Shown piece by piece: positions 53,827 to 62,657 of a stretch of DNA of 64,000 nt (position 1 is its first letter; each line of letters starts with the position of its first letter). The stretch comes from a virus, in the IMG/VR virus record IMGVR_UViG_3300048587_000983, one strand, 5' to 3'. The notes under the pieces are model-generated. The model ran no database searches and had not been told where the DNA came from. It worked only from the letters and a program-made list of their open reading frames with translations. Both the position numbers and the translations under genes were made by a program.

Positions 53827-54215
53827 TAACCGCCGCCTCCAATGATTCCAAAACGTACAAGAAGCTGGGCTACAGAGATGCCTGCCTGCACTCCCGTGAC
53901 AAGAACAAGAAGGAGCGATATGAAGTGGAGCTTCTCGACGTTTTTTACAACCTCCACCGGCACAGACACCCGCCCGTCCATGGACTCGGGCGCGGCGCTC
54001 TCAGGGGGTCTGGGCTGCTGTTCGACAGGCTCCTCGCTGACCGCCAGCACGTACTTCCGCCTGTTCCACTGCTCTCCGCACCACTCACCTGTCTCGTTAG
54101 TCTCAAGCCTGCAGCCGCAGTTTTCGCAATTGATGATACACGACTGCCGGTTGGTCCCGAGTCTTTCAAAGCTGGCTTCACCGCCACAAAAAGGGCATGG
54201 ATCAAGTTTTGTCAT
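53826..54215 (-). CDS. Lar-like restriction-alleviation Zn-finger protein with C-terminal TM
   Basis: LDPCPFCGG...CENCG...WNRR. Confidence 0.7.
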   Translation of the reverse strand: MTKLDPCPFCGGEASFERLGTNRQSCIINCENCGCRLETNETGEWCGEQWNRRKYVLAVSEEPVEQQPRPPESAAPESMDGRVSVPVEVVKNVEKLHFISLLLVLVTGVQAGISVAQLLVRFGIIGGGG

Positions 54216-54312
54216 GGCTCTCTCACGATGGTTATCTGAAAGGTATAAAGTGATAAATGCGATGGCTCAAGGATTTTGTGAAGGGCGCAGAACGCGCCCT
54301 TTTTTGGCTGGA

Positions 54313-54615
54313 TTACTGGTCGCTGCCCGTCGCAGCGCTCTCCTCCTGCAGGACGGCAGAAGCGGCTTGACCTTCAACCAAAAGCTCGACGGTCTTTTGC
54401 TTGAAATTCACGTTTACGACCACGGCGGGAGTGCCGTTGAAGTCGACAGCCTCACCGTTCCAACCGGAAACGACGAGGTCCTGGAAAAGCTCCTTTGATA
54501 TCATAGGGGAATCCTGACGGATGATAAGACCAGTCCCCCCTCCTATGGCGCCACCGGCCTTCAGTTCAGACGAAAGCAAAAGAGTCAAAAGAGACGATGC
54601 GATGATAGCTTTCAT
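54313..54615 (-). CDS. Small secreted protein (AGGAIGGG motif after signal peptide)
   Basis: MKAIIASSLLTLLLSSELKA-GGAIGGGTG. Confidence 0.65.
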   Translation of the reverse strand: MKAIIASSLLTLLLSSELKAGGAIGGGTGLIIRQDSPMISKELFQDLVVSGWNGEAVDFNGTPAVVVNVNFKQKTVELLVEGQAASAVLQEESAATGSDQ

Positions 54616-55343
54616 GGATACTCCTCCGTTCCTTTCAGTACGTTAAAGAGCGTGCCGACCATTATCAGCACATCGCCCTTGTTCCGCTCATCACGGACGA
54701 GCGTCATGGTGTGTCGGACAAAATCGATCGCGGCATGATAGACAGCGAGTGCGGTTTCAAAGTTCACGCTTTCCCAGGCCACATGGGCGAGCGAGGATCG
54801 CTCCACGTCGTCGTTCTGGGATGGACATATGGAGGCCATGACCCCGATCCACTGGCGGGCCGTATCAAGACTCACGCTGCCGAGCGCGCGGTCGAGCCTG
54901 AAATTGCCGCCGCTGGCCGGTGCCAGATGGCCCGCGCTCACAAGCTCGGAAAAACGCCGGGCCGCCTCCCGCCCAAAAAAGTCGCGGACCTCGGCCTCAT
55001 TCGTGCCGCTCCTATGGCTTGCAAGAAGAAGGACGGGCACATAGTCGCGGTTCTCCAGGTACTCCATCATGTCTTCGTCTTCGGTGCGCTCAGAGACCTC
55101 CGTGCGCGTCCTGGCGAAGGTCGGCATATAGGTCTGCACAAAAGCCTGAAGCTCCGTCTGGCTCATGATGCGCTCGGCTATCCTCATGGCCGTTTCCGGC
55201 ATGACGGACGTTTCATTTTGCACGATCCTTCGTATTGTCGAATAGGAAACGTGAGTCAGCCTTTTGAGCATCGTGAGGTTCCGGCTTTCGCGCCCGGCCT
55301 CCCATTTTTTTATAGCAAGGCTTAAAGCCTCAGTCATGGTCAT
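54612..55343 (-). CDS. HTH transcription regulator, TIGR02147/DUF4423-like architecture
   Basis: N-terminal XRE-like HTH (LTMLKRLTHVSYSTIRRIVQNE), central winged helix, C-terminal alpha/beta domain. Confidence 0.55.
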   Translation of the reverse strand: MTMTEALSLAIKKWEAGRESRNLTMLKRLTHVSYSTIRRIVQNETSVMPETAMRIAERIMSQTELQAFVQTYMPTFARTRTEVSERTEDEDMMEYLENRDYVPVLLLASHRSGTNEAEVRDFFGREAARRFSELVSAGHLAPASGGNFRLDRALGSVSLDTARQWIGVMASICPSQNDDVERSSLAHVAWESVNFETALAVYHAAIDFVRHTMTLVRDERNKGDVLIMVGTLFNVLKGTEEYP

Positions 55344-55362
55344 AGCGTTCTCCAATCCCACA

Positions 55363-56001
55363 TCAGTTTTTCAGGTCAACTTCTGTAACGGGAATACCTT
55401 TGTGTTCCATAAAGGCACTCATATAGCCCCAAAGCTCTTTTTTGGTGACACCCGCCGCCTTAAAATCCGCCTCTTTTGAAAGAGGGATGAGGTTTCTGAA
55501 CGCCTCGACAATAAAGCGATCGTCATCCGTACACTTGCGCGCCCTGCTTGTCAGCTTATGGGTCCGCGAGTCGTGATCCTGCCCATACGCGAATTCCAGC
55601 CCGCTTTCACCATACATGCCCCAAAGTATACATTCGGTGCGCTCAGGGAAATCCTCTGCAGAGAAGTCCTCTGGAAAAGTCGCCCGCTTTTTTTTAGCTT
55701 CGTCCAGAAGCTCCTCGTCGGTTTTGCTTTCCGTCTTGTCGATTTTGACCGCAACACACCATGTGTCAACGAGAAAGCCGAAGCGCTCGACATCCTTGGC
55801 CGCAAAGGCTCCGGCCAGCAGCAGCATAAACTTCTGTTTATCCCGGATGGTCGTAAAATCCAGCGGTATGACCCACGCTTTTTTGTCACGAAAAGCAACG
55901 ACCGCTGACGCAAAAGGCTTCTTCCGGTTCAGATAATGCTGCTTCGCGCGGTCGATATAGTCATCGAGAAATTTCTTTTGTAAGTAAACGTAGTCCTGCA
56001 T
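55363..56001 (-). CDS. Hypothetical protein
   Basis: 212 aa. Confidence 0.65.
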   Translation of the reverse strand: MQDYVYLQKKFLDDYIDRAKQHYLNRKKPFASAVVAFRDKKAWVIPLDFTTIRDKQKFMLLLAGAFAAKDVERFGFLVDTWCVAVKIDKTESKTDEELLDEAKKKRATFPEDFSAEDFPERTECILWGMYGESGLEFAYGQDHDSRTHKLTSRARKCTDDDRFIVEAFRNLIPLSKEADFKAAGVTKKELWGYMSAFMEHKGIPVTEVDLKN

Positions 56002-56090
56002 TCTTCAATCCCTGTAGCCGGTTGAACGTCTGTTTAAAATGCGAAAAGGGGCTGGAAACGAGCCCTGCCCCCTTACTTTCTGTCAGAATT

Positions 56091-56561
56091 CTACGCGCCC
56101 GGCACATCCCAGCAGATGGTCTTCGCGGTGTTGTCTCTGACGTCAATTTGAATGTGAAAATGCTTCTTGCAGCCAAGGCAGCGCCCGTGACCCGAGTTTC
56201 TCCCCATCTGAAGGGAAAGACCGGGTCTCATGAAAAAGGACGCCTCGCAGTAGGGGCAGGATATGTCGTAGCGCTCCTTCAGAGGAAAGCCTTCCGGCAG
56301 GCTCTCGCCGAAGCGGTGCTTATCCTGCGCCCGTCTTCCGACCATGATCACATCCCGGAGATCGTCCTCCGTTGCATCTTTCAATGCTGCCGTGACAACG
56401 TCTGCGATGGCATCGACGCCGGCCTCCTTCATACAGGAAGGGCAGGGTACCTGCACGCCGTTCCCACCACCGCCGTCCGACATTCGGAGGAGCTTTTTAT
56501 CACGGCAAATCTTGCAATTATACTGCTCAGGCGCTGGCGTCAGTTCCGGATTTATCCCCAT
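56091..56561 (-). CDS. Multi-Zn-ribbon protein
   Basis: CKIC, CPSC, CPYC, CLGC. Confidence 0.65.
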   Translation of the reverse strand: MGINPELTPAPEQYNCKICRDKKLLRMSDGGGGNGVQVPCPSCMKEAGVDAIADVVTAALKDATEDDLRDVIMVGRRAQDKHRFGESLPEGFPLKERYDISCPYCEASFFMRPGLSLQMGRNSGHGRCLGCKKHFHIQIDVRDNTAKTICWDVPGA

Positions 56562-56562
56562 T

Positions 56563-56892
56563 TCACATGAACCCCATTTTCTTTGCCTTGTCCATCAGAC
56601 GCTTTGCTGCAGCCGTGATCTGAAGGCCGTTGTTCCAGTCGTCGACGAACTCGATCCCCTGGGCGAGTCTTTTCACGTTGTCGCAAATTTGTGACTCCAT
56701 CTCGCGCGGCGCAATCAGAAGAATCGGCTTATTCATGAGAACCGCCAGACCAAACTGCATAATGGCCTGAATGTCCTTCTCATAGTTTTTACTGAAAATT
56801 GCGGTAAAAACGCTTGATCCGGAGAGCCCTTCGATATTCCGCCGGACGCTCTCTTTGAATGCCGGGTCCTCAAAAAAATCCTCGTTTTCCAT
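56563..56892 (-). CDS. Small nucleoside-deoxyribosyltransferase/TIR-like Rossmannoid protein
   Basis: AIMQFGLAVLMNKPILLI resembles the E-x-G-x-A-x-x-x-x-K-P motif of NDT-like folds. Confidence 0.4.
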   Translation of the reverse strand: MENEDFFEDPAFKESVRRNIEGLSGSSVFTAIFSKNYEKDIQAIMQFGLAVLMNKPILLIAPREMESQICDNVKRLAQGIEFVDDWNNGLQITAAAKRLMDKAKKMGFM

Positions 56893-56910
56893 ATCCCACT
56901 TCCTTTCGGG

Positions 56911-57105
56911 TTACTTGGGCTCTGCCGGAAGCCTTTTGGCTATCTCACCGAGCATCGTCCATATCGCCATAAGATTCATGTTCAGGAGCTCAAGCTCGCC
57001 AACCGCCGTTCGCTTGCCCTCGTTCATCTCCAGAAGTTTTTTCGCGTGAAGCGGGATCGCTTGCGACAGTAGCTTCAGCCTTGTGTCAATCTCCTCGTTC
57101 GTCAC
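56911..57105 (-). CDS. Small helical hypothetical protein
   Basis: GTG start with AAGGAG SD. Confidence 0.5.
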   Translation of the reverse strand: MTNEEIDTRLKLLSQAIPLHAKKLLEMNEGKRTAVGELELLNMNLMAIWTMLGEIAKRLPAEPK

Positions 57106-57391
57106 GACCTTGCTCCTTCTCCGGCTGTTCCTTGGTTCCGCGGACTGGCGGCACCCTGCTGTAGTAGCCCACAGCGTAGTCCACTTGATTCTCCACCAGA
57201 CCAAAAAAATGCCGCATGGCGGCCTTGGGATCTTTTTGACCTCCGATATTGCTCGCAGCAATCCGGGCGAGGGCCAACATGATATGAAAACCCTCGTGCT
57301 GCCTCAGAACAGGTATCAGCGCGTCCGCCATGGCCTGTAGGCAGGCGTCCGCTTTTGCAAGCTCCCGTAGACTCCCGTTCGCTTCACTCAT
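57086..57391 (-). CDS. Hypothetical protein
   Basis: 101 aa, coupled. Confidence 0.55.
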   Translation of the reverse strand: MSEANGSLRELAKADACLQAMADALIPVLRQHEGFHIMLALARIAASNIGGQKDPKAAMRHFFGLVENQVDYAVGYYSRVPPVRGTKEQPEKEQGRDERGD

Positions 57392-57615
57392 TTGAGATCC
57401 CCCTTGTCTTCCTTGTTTGCGTAAATTGTCGGTGACATGCTGTAGCGGCCCTTCGGTGCCACAGACTCAACGCCTTCTTTCACCTTTATCCCGAGACGTT
57501 TCCCCTCACTCGTCGTAAGGGTCTTCTCGGTGCGGGATGCGACTGTAATCCTGTAAATGCAGTCGTAATCGCAAAGCGATCTGCAGTAGTAGGTTTTACC
57601 GACTTCAAACTTCAT
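57388..57615 (-). CDS. Conserved small phage protein
   Basis: FEVGKTY..RS.CDYDC...RT.KT...P.GRYSMSP family pattern. Confidence 0.7.
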   Translation of the reverse strand: MKFEVGKTYYCRSLCDYDCIYRITVASRTEKTLTTSEGKRLGIKVKEGVESVAPKGRYSMSPTIYANKEDKGDLK

Positions 57616-57848
57616 ACAGCCTCGCCCCTGACGATCACTATCGTTTTATCCGGAGTCACATAATGAAGGTAAGGTACAGCCAGCCGCACGGTCACGGCAC
57701 CATGCTCGGCGGAGGATTCTTCCAGGTCCATCGCGTACACCTCCAGCTCATCGTAAAACTCGGGGGACATCTCGTAAAGGTCCCCGTGTCTCAGCTGCGA
57801 GAAAAGAGGCTCCAATACGCTCAGGAATCCAGGTTTTTCTCTTGCCAT
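57612..57848 (-). CDS. Hypothetical protein
   Basis: 78 aa, AGGAG SD. Confidence 0.5.
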   Translation of the reverse strand: MAREKPGFLSVLEPLFSQLRHGDLYEMSPEFYDELEVYAMDLEESSAEHGAVTVRLAVPYLHYVTPDKTIVIVRGEAV

Positions 57849-57895
57849 AAAGGCTCCTTGTGAAAGCCGGTAGACGCATCCACCGGCTCTGATAG

Positions 57896-58297
57896 TTACG
57901 GTTGCTGCAGAAAAGATATCATGATGCCCGTCAGAAGTTTGGTCTGCGTTTCCACGACCCACTTTTGTTCCTCAGGGGTAAATCGGAACTGATTGAGAGC
58001 CCAGGGTGATCTTTTCACGCGCGCCATCTTCTCAACAGCGCAGCTTTCTGTAAAGCCCAGCTGATCGGCATTGTCGTTGAGGTAGCTGGCAATCGTTGCG
58101 CAGATATCTGTACCCTCTCCGTATACGACGACATCAAAAAGACTTTCTATATTAGCCTCCCGGATAAGCTCAACGGCTCGCCGTGACTCATCCAAGTTAA
58201 CCACTTTGTCGGTGTAGGTTTTAAGAAAGTCTTTCTCTTCTTTCGTCAAATCTCTAAATTCCATGCACGTCTCCTTGGTTAGTTCCTTTTTGATCAA
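57896..58297 (-). CDS. Hypothetical protein
   Basis: 133 aa. Confidence 0.6.
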   Translation of the reverse strand: MIKKELTKETCMEFRDLTKEEKDFLKTYTDKVVNLDESRRAVELIREANIESLFDVVVYGEGTDICATIASYLNDNADQLGFTESCAVEKMARVKRSPWALNQFRFTPEEQKWVVETQTKLLTGIMISFLQQP

Positions 58298-58302
58298 AAA
58301 AG

Positions 58303-58581
58303 TTAGCTGCGCGCTCTTTCTTCATCGTCCGCGTAGTAGTCGCGCGGATACACATGATTCTTGTGGTGCGCTTCCACCAGCGCGCAGAAGTCCTCCCAGT
58401 TATCCACAATGGATGCGGGTTCGATTCTATATCGACCATTCATTCCATCGAGATCGTTTAGCTCCAAACAGAGCGTTGAGGACTGCAGCCCCAAAAGGTT
58501 TGCCATAATGATCCGATTTCCGTCTCTCGTATCCACAACGCTGTAAAGCCTTTGATCCATGTACGTCCCTTCCGTCATCAA
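58303..58581 (-). CDS. Hypothetical protein
   Basis: 92 aa. Confidence 0.55.
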   Translation of the reverse strand: MMTEGTYMDQRLYSVVDTRDGNRIIMANLLGLQSSTLCLELNDLDGMNGRYRIEPASIVDNWEDFCALVEAHHKNHVYPRDYYADDEERARS

Positions 58582-58608
58582 AAAGAGCAGTTTTTCTGTT
58601 TTTTATTT

Positions 58609-58872
58609 CTACATCCCCTTCATTCGCCGAATAGCCTCCTCATTCATATCCTGAATATGCTTCTCGATTTCGTCTTTGAACGAGGTGAGAATTCTAAACG
58701 CATCCTGTTCCTCGTATTCATCGCAGACGTCGGTCACAGTGGAGAATGCTGTGGCCCATCCAGCCTTGAAGGCCTTGTCCATCTCCGTAACCTGTACGGC
58801 TGAAGCATTCGGCGGTATGACGTTTTTGCGGAAATCCTTGGCCGATTCAAAGAGACCTTTAACTTTTTCCAT
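58609..58872 (-). CDS. Conserved small phage helical protein
   Basis: VIPPNA..VQ..EM..AFKAG pattern. Confidence 0.6.
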   Translation of the reverse strand: MEKVKGLFESAKDFRKNVIPPNASAVQVTEMDKAFKAGWATAFSTVTDVCDEYEEQDAFRILTSFKDEIEKHIQDMNEEAIRRMKGM

Positions 58873-59020
58873 ATATGGGTACCTTCTGGCTTGTTGCTGT
58901 GATCAAAAAACACGTGTTTATTGGACGGAAAACCCCCGATCTGAAAAAGGCTCCTGCCAAGGTTTCTGACAACCTGACAGGAATTGTGATCATCTTCCAG
59001 TGAGTTGAGCCGTGCCTTGG

Positions 59021-60073
59021 TTACTGCTGTGCTGCACTTTCAGAATCCCCTTTCCGGTTCAACAGTTCCGTGCGCCGCGACCTCTCGTGGCCCTCGACGA
59101 TGATCCATTTGTACTTGGGGTTTTCCCGCGGCCCGTAAGGCTGGTAGCGCGGGAAAGGTTCCACGGGCCAGCTGCCCTCTGAATATTCGGCGGCGCGGCG
59201 CTCCATCATCTTTTTCCAGTTCCAGCCAACCCGATGAAACTCGACCTCACTGAACTCCCTGTGCTTACGTACAGGCTGACTGCTTTTGCCGTCTTTATAC
59301 TGGATCGGGTTGCGCTCGGACCTGAGGTCAGGGTCGCCGCTGGACACGTAGATGAGAGATTTGACGAGATCCACGATATGAGAGTCGTTGTCGTACTCCT
59401 CGGCCGTCTCAAAGTACCAGGGGCTCAGCCTACTATTCCTCCTCATCACCCGGCTCCAGTTGTCCGGAATGATTCGGTCCGTACGATCGGGAATCATCTG
59501 GCAAAAATAGCCGCCCGCCCCGGTGCGGCACAGCCACCAGGCAACAAGAACCCGTGAGCCTTCGCCGTCTTCTGCTTTAAACTCTGTTTTGCGAACAGCC
59601 TCAAGAGCAGCTTTAGGGCGGATGGCCACCATTATTTGTTCGATTTGATCACCGTCGCTGTCCCGGAGAGGCTCGGGCCAGCGGATCGTTGCTGTAAAAT
59701 ACTCGGGCAGCGCGTCCCAGGAAATATTTTTGATGCTGGTCTTGCGAAGAACCGGCCAAAACTCTTTTGTGAAGACGTAGCTCTGAACGTCGCCTTCAAG
59801 CAAAAAGTTCGAGATGTTGGCAAGGTAGGTCATCGTGGGGTCTGAAGAAAACACTTTGACCATGTTCCATATCGCGTCCGCGGGCGCATCGACCTTGTGC
59901 GCTCGAAAGATTCGCTCCACTCTTTCCCTGTCATATTGCAGAAGGACGTTACCTTCATTATCCCTCACGCCCAAATCCGATGCGCTGTTGTAGACATCGC
60001 AAAAAGCCCGCTGCATGCGCCAGAGCATACTTTGCGGTCTTCTCAGTTCTTCGTGCAGAAATCTTTTTTCCAT
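59021..60073 (-). CDS. Hypothetical protein with C-terminal W.V...R.QPYG...WI..GH motif
   Basis: 350 aa, GGAG SD at 60073. Confidence 0.7.
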   Translation of the reverse strand: MEKRFLHEELRRPQSMLWRMQRAFCDVYNSASDLGVRDNEGNVLLQYDRERVERIFRAHKVDAPADAIWNMVKVFSSDPTMTYLANISNFLLEGDVQSYVFTKEFWPVLRKTSIKNISWDALPEYFTATIRWPEPLRDSDGDQIEQIMVAIRPKAALEAVRKTEFKAEDGEGSRVLVAWWLCRTGAGGYFCQMIPDRTDRIIPDNWSRVMRRNSRLSPWYFETAEEYDNDSHIVDLVKSLIYVSSGDPDLRSERNPIQYKDGKSSQPVRKHREFSEVEFHRVGWNWKKMMERRAAEYSEGSWPVEPFPRYQPYGPRENPKYKWIIVEGHERSRRTELLNRKGDSESAAQQ

Positions 60074-60082
60074 AGCTTCTCC

Positions 60083-60120
60083 AAAGAAAAAGCCCGTGCC
60101 AGCCAGAGCTGGCGCCGGGC
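60083..60120 (-). terminator. Rho-independent terminator
   Basis: GCCCG..GCCAGC-TCTG-GCTGGC.CGGGC then TTTTTCTTT on the minus strand. Confidence 0.75.
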
Positions 60121-60126
60121 AGACAT

Positions 60127-60342
60127 TCAAACTTTTGCTTCGCGTGCAAGCAGCTTGCACACTGCAGCAAAAAGTGAGCGGTCCATCTCCAGTCTGTAGC
60201 CGTCTTCGTCCGGCGCTCTTTTCCAATAAAGCGCCTGCGTGACGTAAGCTTCAAACCCGAATTCGTCAAGCCGCTCTTGATGAAAAGTATCGGCGCACTT
60301 TAACTTCATGCGTTCGATCCAGCGACGAGGTTTGTGTTTCAC
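60127..60342 (-). CDS. Small hypothetical protein
   Basis: 71 aa, coupled. Confidence 0.45.
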   Translation of the reverse strand: MKHKPRRWIERMKLKCADTFHQERLDEFGFEAYVTQALYWKRAPDEDGYRLEMDRSLFAAVCKLLAREAKV

Positions 60343-60764
60343 GGCTCCCCTTCCTTGTCAGGTTCATAGTCAATCCGACCCCGCTCGGTGGCCAGATACC
60401 AGCCGTCATCGGCCTCGGCCTTCCTCCACCCCAGCTTTCTCAGAGCCTCGTTCTCGCTCTCTATGAGAGCCGGAACGAGCTTCCCCCTGGGCGGCACAGC
60501 GTAGGCGTAGATCGATCCCGGATAAGTAAACACATGGACGGCTGAGCCATTGCCCCTTGCAGAGGCCGCCAGGACCGTAAGGCCGAGAGCAAGCTTTTCT
60601 CCTGAACCCATGGCGGCGAGGCTCACCTCGGTTAGATCGCAGTAGATCTGCTTATTTGAATACTTTGTCATCACGTATTCGTCCGTCTCGACGGTCTCCA
60701 GCTTAAGGCGGGTTTCCATCGCAACTTCAGTCTCTTCAGCCTCTTCGTTCATCAGGCTCTCCAT
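60339..60764 (-). CDS. Hypothetical protein
   Basis: 141 aa. Confidence 0.55.
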   Translation of the reverse strand: MESLMNEEAEETEVAMETRLKLETVETDEYVMTKYSNKQIYCDLTEVSLAAMGSGEKLALGLTVLAASARGNGSAVHVFTYPGSIYAYAVPPRGKLVPALIESENEALRKLGWRKAEADDGWYLATERGRIDYEPDKEGEP

Positions 60765-61179
60765 CCCGGACGTCGCGCGGGAAAAAAGGGGTTTTCAAAA
60801 AATCGTTGAATTGCAGGATGATCGTTGGCCCGCGCATGGGGTACTGGACAATATCGACTTGGTGAACCGCACCGAAGACCGCGATGAAATCGGGGGCGGC
60901 TTCGAGAAAACTCCCGAGCCCGAAGTCCGCGCGATCCTTGCGGCTGATAGCCGCCATACGAACGAAGTTTTCAACACAGTAGGTCACGTCCCAGGTGGGA
61001 TCCGCGAGCCATGCTGTCGGCGGCTGGCTCCACTTTTTCATGGTGGCTTCACCGCGCCGCTTCAAATCCAAAAGCGCGTCTTTTGTCAATTCAGGGACGT
61101 CCACGCGGCTTCTCCTCGTATCTTTCCTGAACATCACAGCCTGCGAGGGTTTCCTGAAAGCGTTCCAAAACTTCATCAA
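60736..61179 (-). CDS. Hypothetical protein
   Basis: 147 aa. Confidence 0.55.
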   Translation of the reverse strand: MMKFWNAFRKPSQAVMFRKDTRRSRVDVPELTKDALLDLKRRGEATMKKWSQPPTAWLADPTWDVTYCVENFVRMAAISRKDRADFGLGSFLEAAPDFIAVFGAVHQVDIVQYPMRGPTIILQFNDFLKTPFFPRDVRDGEPDERRG

Positions 61180-61306
61180 GATCTTCGTGAAGTTTTTCCG
61201 GAACCAGCTTTCTCAGGTCCTGAAGCTCGGGCAGCGCATCATCCATAACCGACTTGCCGTCGAGCAGCATCCCGTGTTCAACCTCGGTCTTTTTCTCTTT
61301 CATCAC
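61091..61306 (-). CDS. Small acidic hypothetical protein
   Basis: 71 aa, GGAG SD. Confidence 0.45.
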   Translation of the reverse strand: MMKEKKTEVEHGMLLDGKSVMDDALPELQDLRKLVPEKLHEDLDEVLERFQETLAGCDVQERYEEKPRGRP

Positions 61307-61324
61307 ACTTTCTCCAGGAGTAGG

Positions 61325-61690
61325 TTACGCATCCGGATCATCCATGGAACCGAATCTCATCATTTGGTGAGGCTGCTTTGCTGCCCCAAGAATATAGTTG
61401 ACGTTTGTTTTCACGGCCTCTTCCGAGAACCCTGCGAATAGCAAAAACTGCGTGCAACTCGCCCTGAGGTAACCGCCGAGAGTTCGGGCGAATTTATCGG
61501 AGCGCACATCGGAAGACGCCATGATCTCCACTATCTTGATCCGTGCGGCCTCGCTGGTATGAAAGCTCGCCGCCAGCTCATCAATCTTATCCTTGGAAAG
61601 CCCCGCCGCCCCAAGCATTGAGCGCAGCGCAAGATCAGCAATTGCGCTTCCGTCGAACAACGCCATATGAGAAAACTTGTGTTCCTCCAC
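61325..61690 (-). CDS. Hypothetical helical protein
   Basis: 121 aa directly after the HicA-domain gene. Confidence 0.6.
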   Translation of the reverse strand: MEEHKFSHMALFDGSAIADLALRSMLGAAGLSKDKIDELAASFHTSEAARIKIVEIMASSDVRSDKFARTLGGYLRASCTQFLLFAGFSEEAVKTNVNYILGAAKQPHQMMRFGSMDDPDA

Positions 61691-61693
61691 TGC

Positions 61694-62593
61694 TCACCCC
61701 ATTTCCAAAAAGCCGTTGGCATGTTGAAGGATTGCTCTGCCGTCATCGGCATCGAGCCGCCCAAGGATCTGGATAATCTCAAGATAGGCCTGCTGTTTTG
61801 GCGAGAGGCTCCGGGCATACCTTATCTCCTGCGACTGAAGCTGGTAGGTCGCGCCGGGCCTCGACACATCGGCCAGGGCCGCAGCGGGCGGGACGGTGCT
61901 CACAGGCTTCGGCCTTTCGGCGTTCGGCTGATGGCTTCGCTCGGGCGTCCGAATCACAAAACGTGCCGCCTGGGTATCGCCCGGTTTCTCTCCGCGCGAG
62001 GGCTCGGGGTTTGCGGGGGCGGTCTTGCGGTCGAGCTCGTTATAGATCGTCTGAAGCTGAATGCTTTTGATCTTCATGAGTTCCAGGGCGTCCTGAAGAT
62101 CGAAGATCACCGAGACGTCCTCGTTTCTCTGCGCCATGTGAAGAAGGGAGTTCCAGTCGGGCAGCTGGTGTCCGTTGTGCATAAGGATGTCCCGGATCTC
62201 GTACTCGCCCGCCTTGTCTGAATTGATTTCACAAAAATGGACAAAGTCCTTGAAAACCTCATAAAGCCCTGGCGGCAGAGTCGTGGTATTCTCATCCACG
62301 ACTGCAGGCTCGCACGCGGATTCGGGTACCATGAGGTCATCGCCCACCGCAGGAAGGCTTATCGCCTCGGAGGCTGATCCCGACTGACTTGAGCCGATCT
62401 GCTTTAGAAATCTCTCGACGATGGCAACAGTGCCGTGCTTGAAGCTCTTTCCCCGTGGAATCGAAACAGTCCTGTTCCCGTAGCGGTATATCCTGTGCTT
62501 TCCGCCTTCACGTTCAAATGTGAACCCCCTGTCCCTCAGGTAGCGGTCCATTTCGTATGCTCGCATGACCTTCTCTCCGTTATTTCCATTCAT
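61694..62593 (-). CDS. HicA-like (dsRBD-fold) domain fused to a helical domain and disordered tail
   Basis: MDRYLRDRGFTFEREGGKHRIYRYGNRTVSIPRGKSFKHGTVAIV matches the HicA pattern (G-x-H, vP, GT); start 62593 or 62566. Confidence 0.65.
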   Translation of the reverse strand: MNGNNGEKVMRAYEMDRYLRDRGFTFEREGGKHRIYRYGNRTVSIPRGKSFKHGTVAIVERFLKQIGSSQSGSASEAISLPAVGDDLMVPESACEPAVVDENTTTLPPGLYEVFKDFVHFCEINSDKAGEYEIRDILMHNGHQLPDWNSLLHMAQRNEDVSVIFDLQDALELMKIKSIQLQTIYNELDRKTAPANPEPSRGEKPGDTQAARFVIRTPERSHQPNAERPKPVSTVPPAAALADVSRPGATYQLQSQEIRYARSLSPKQQAYLEIIQILGRLDADDGRAILQHANGFLEMG

Positions 62594-62657
62594 TTCGCGG
62601 ATTTCCCCTTGTGTCTGTCCGCTAAAAACTCCACCAAAAAGCTTATTCCCAGAATTT

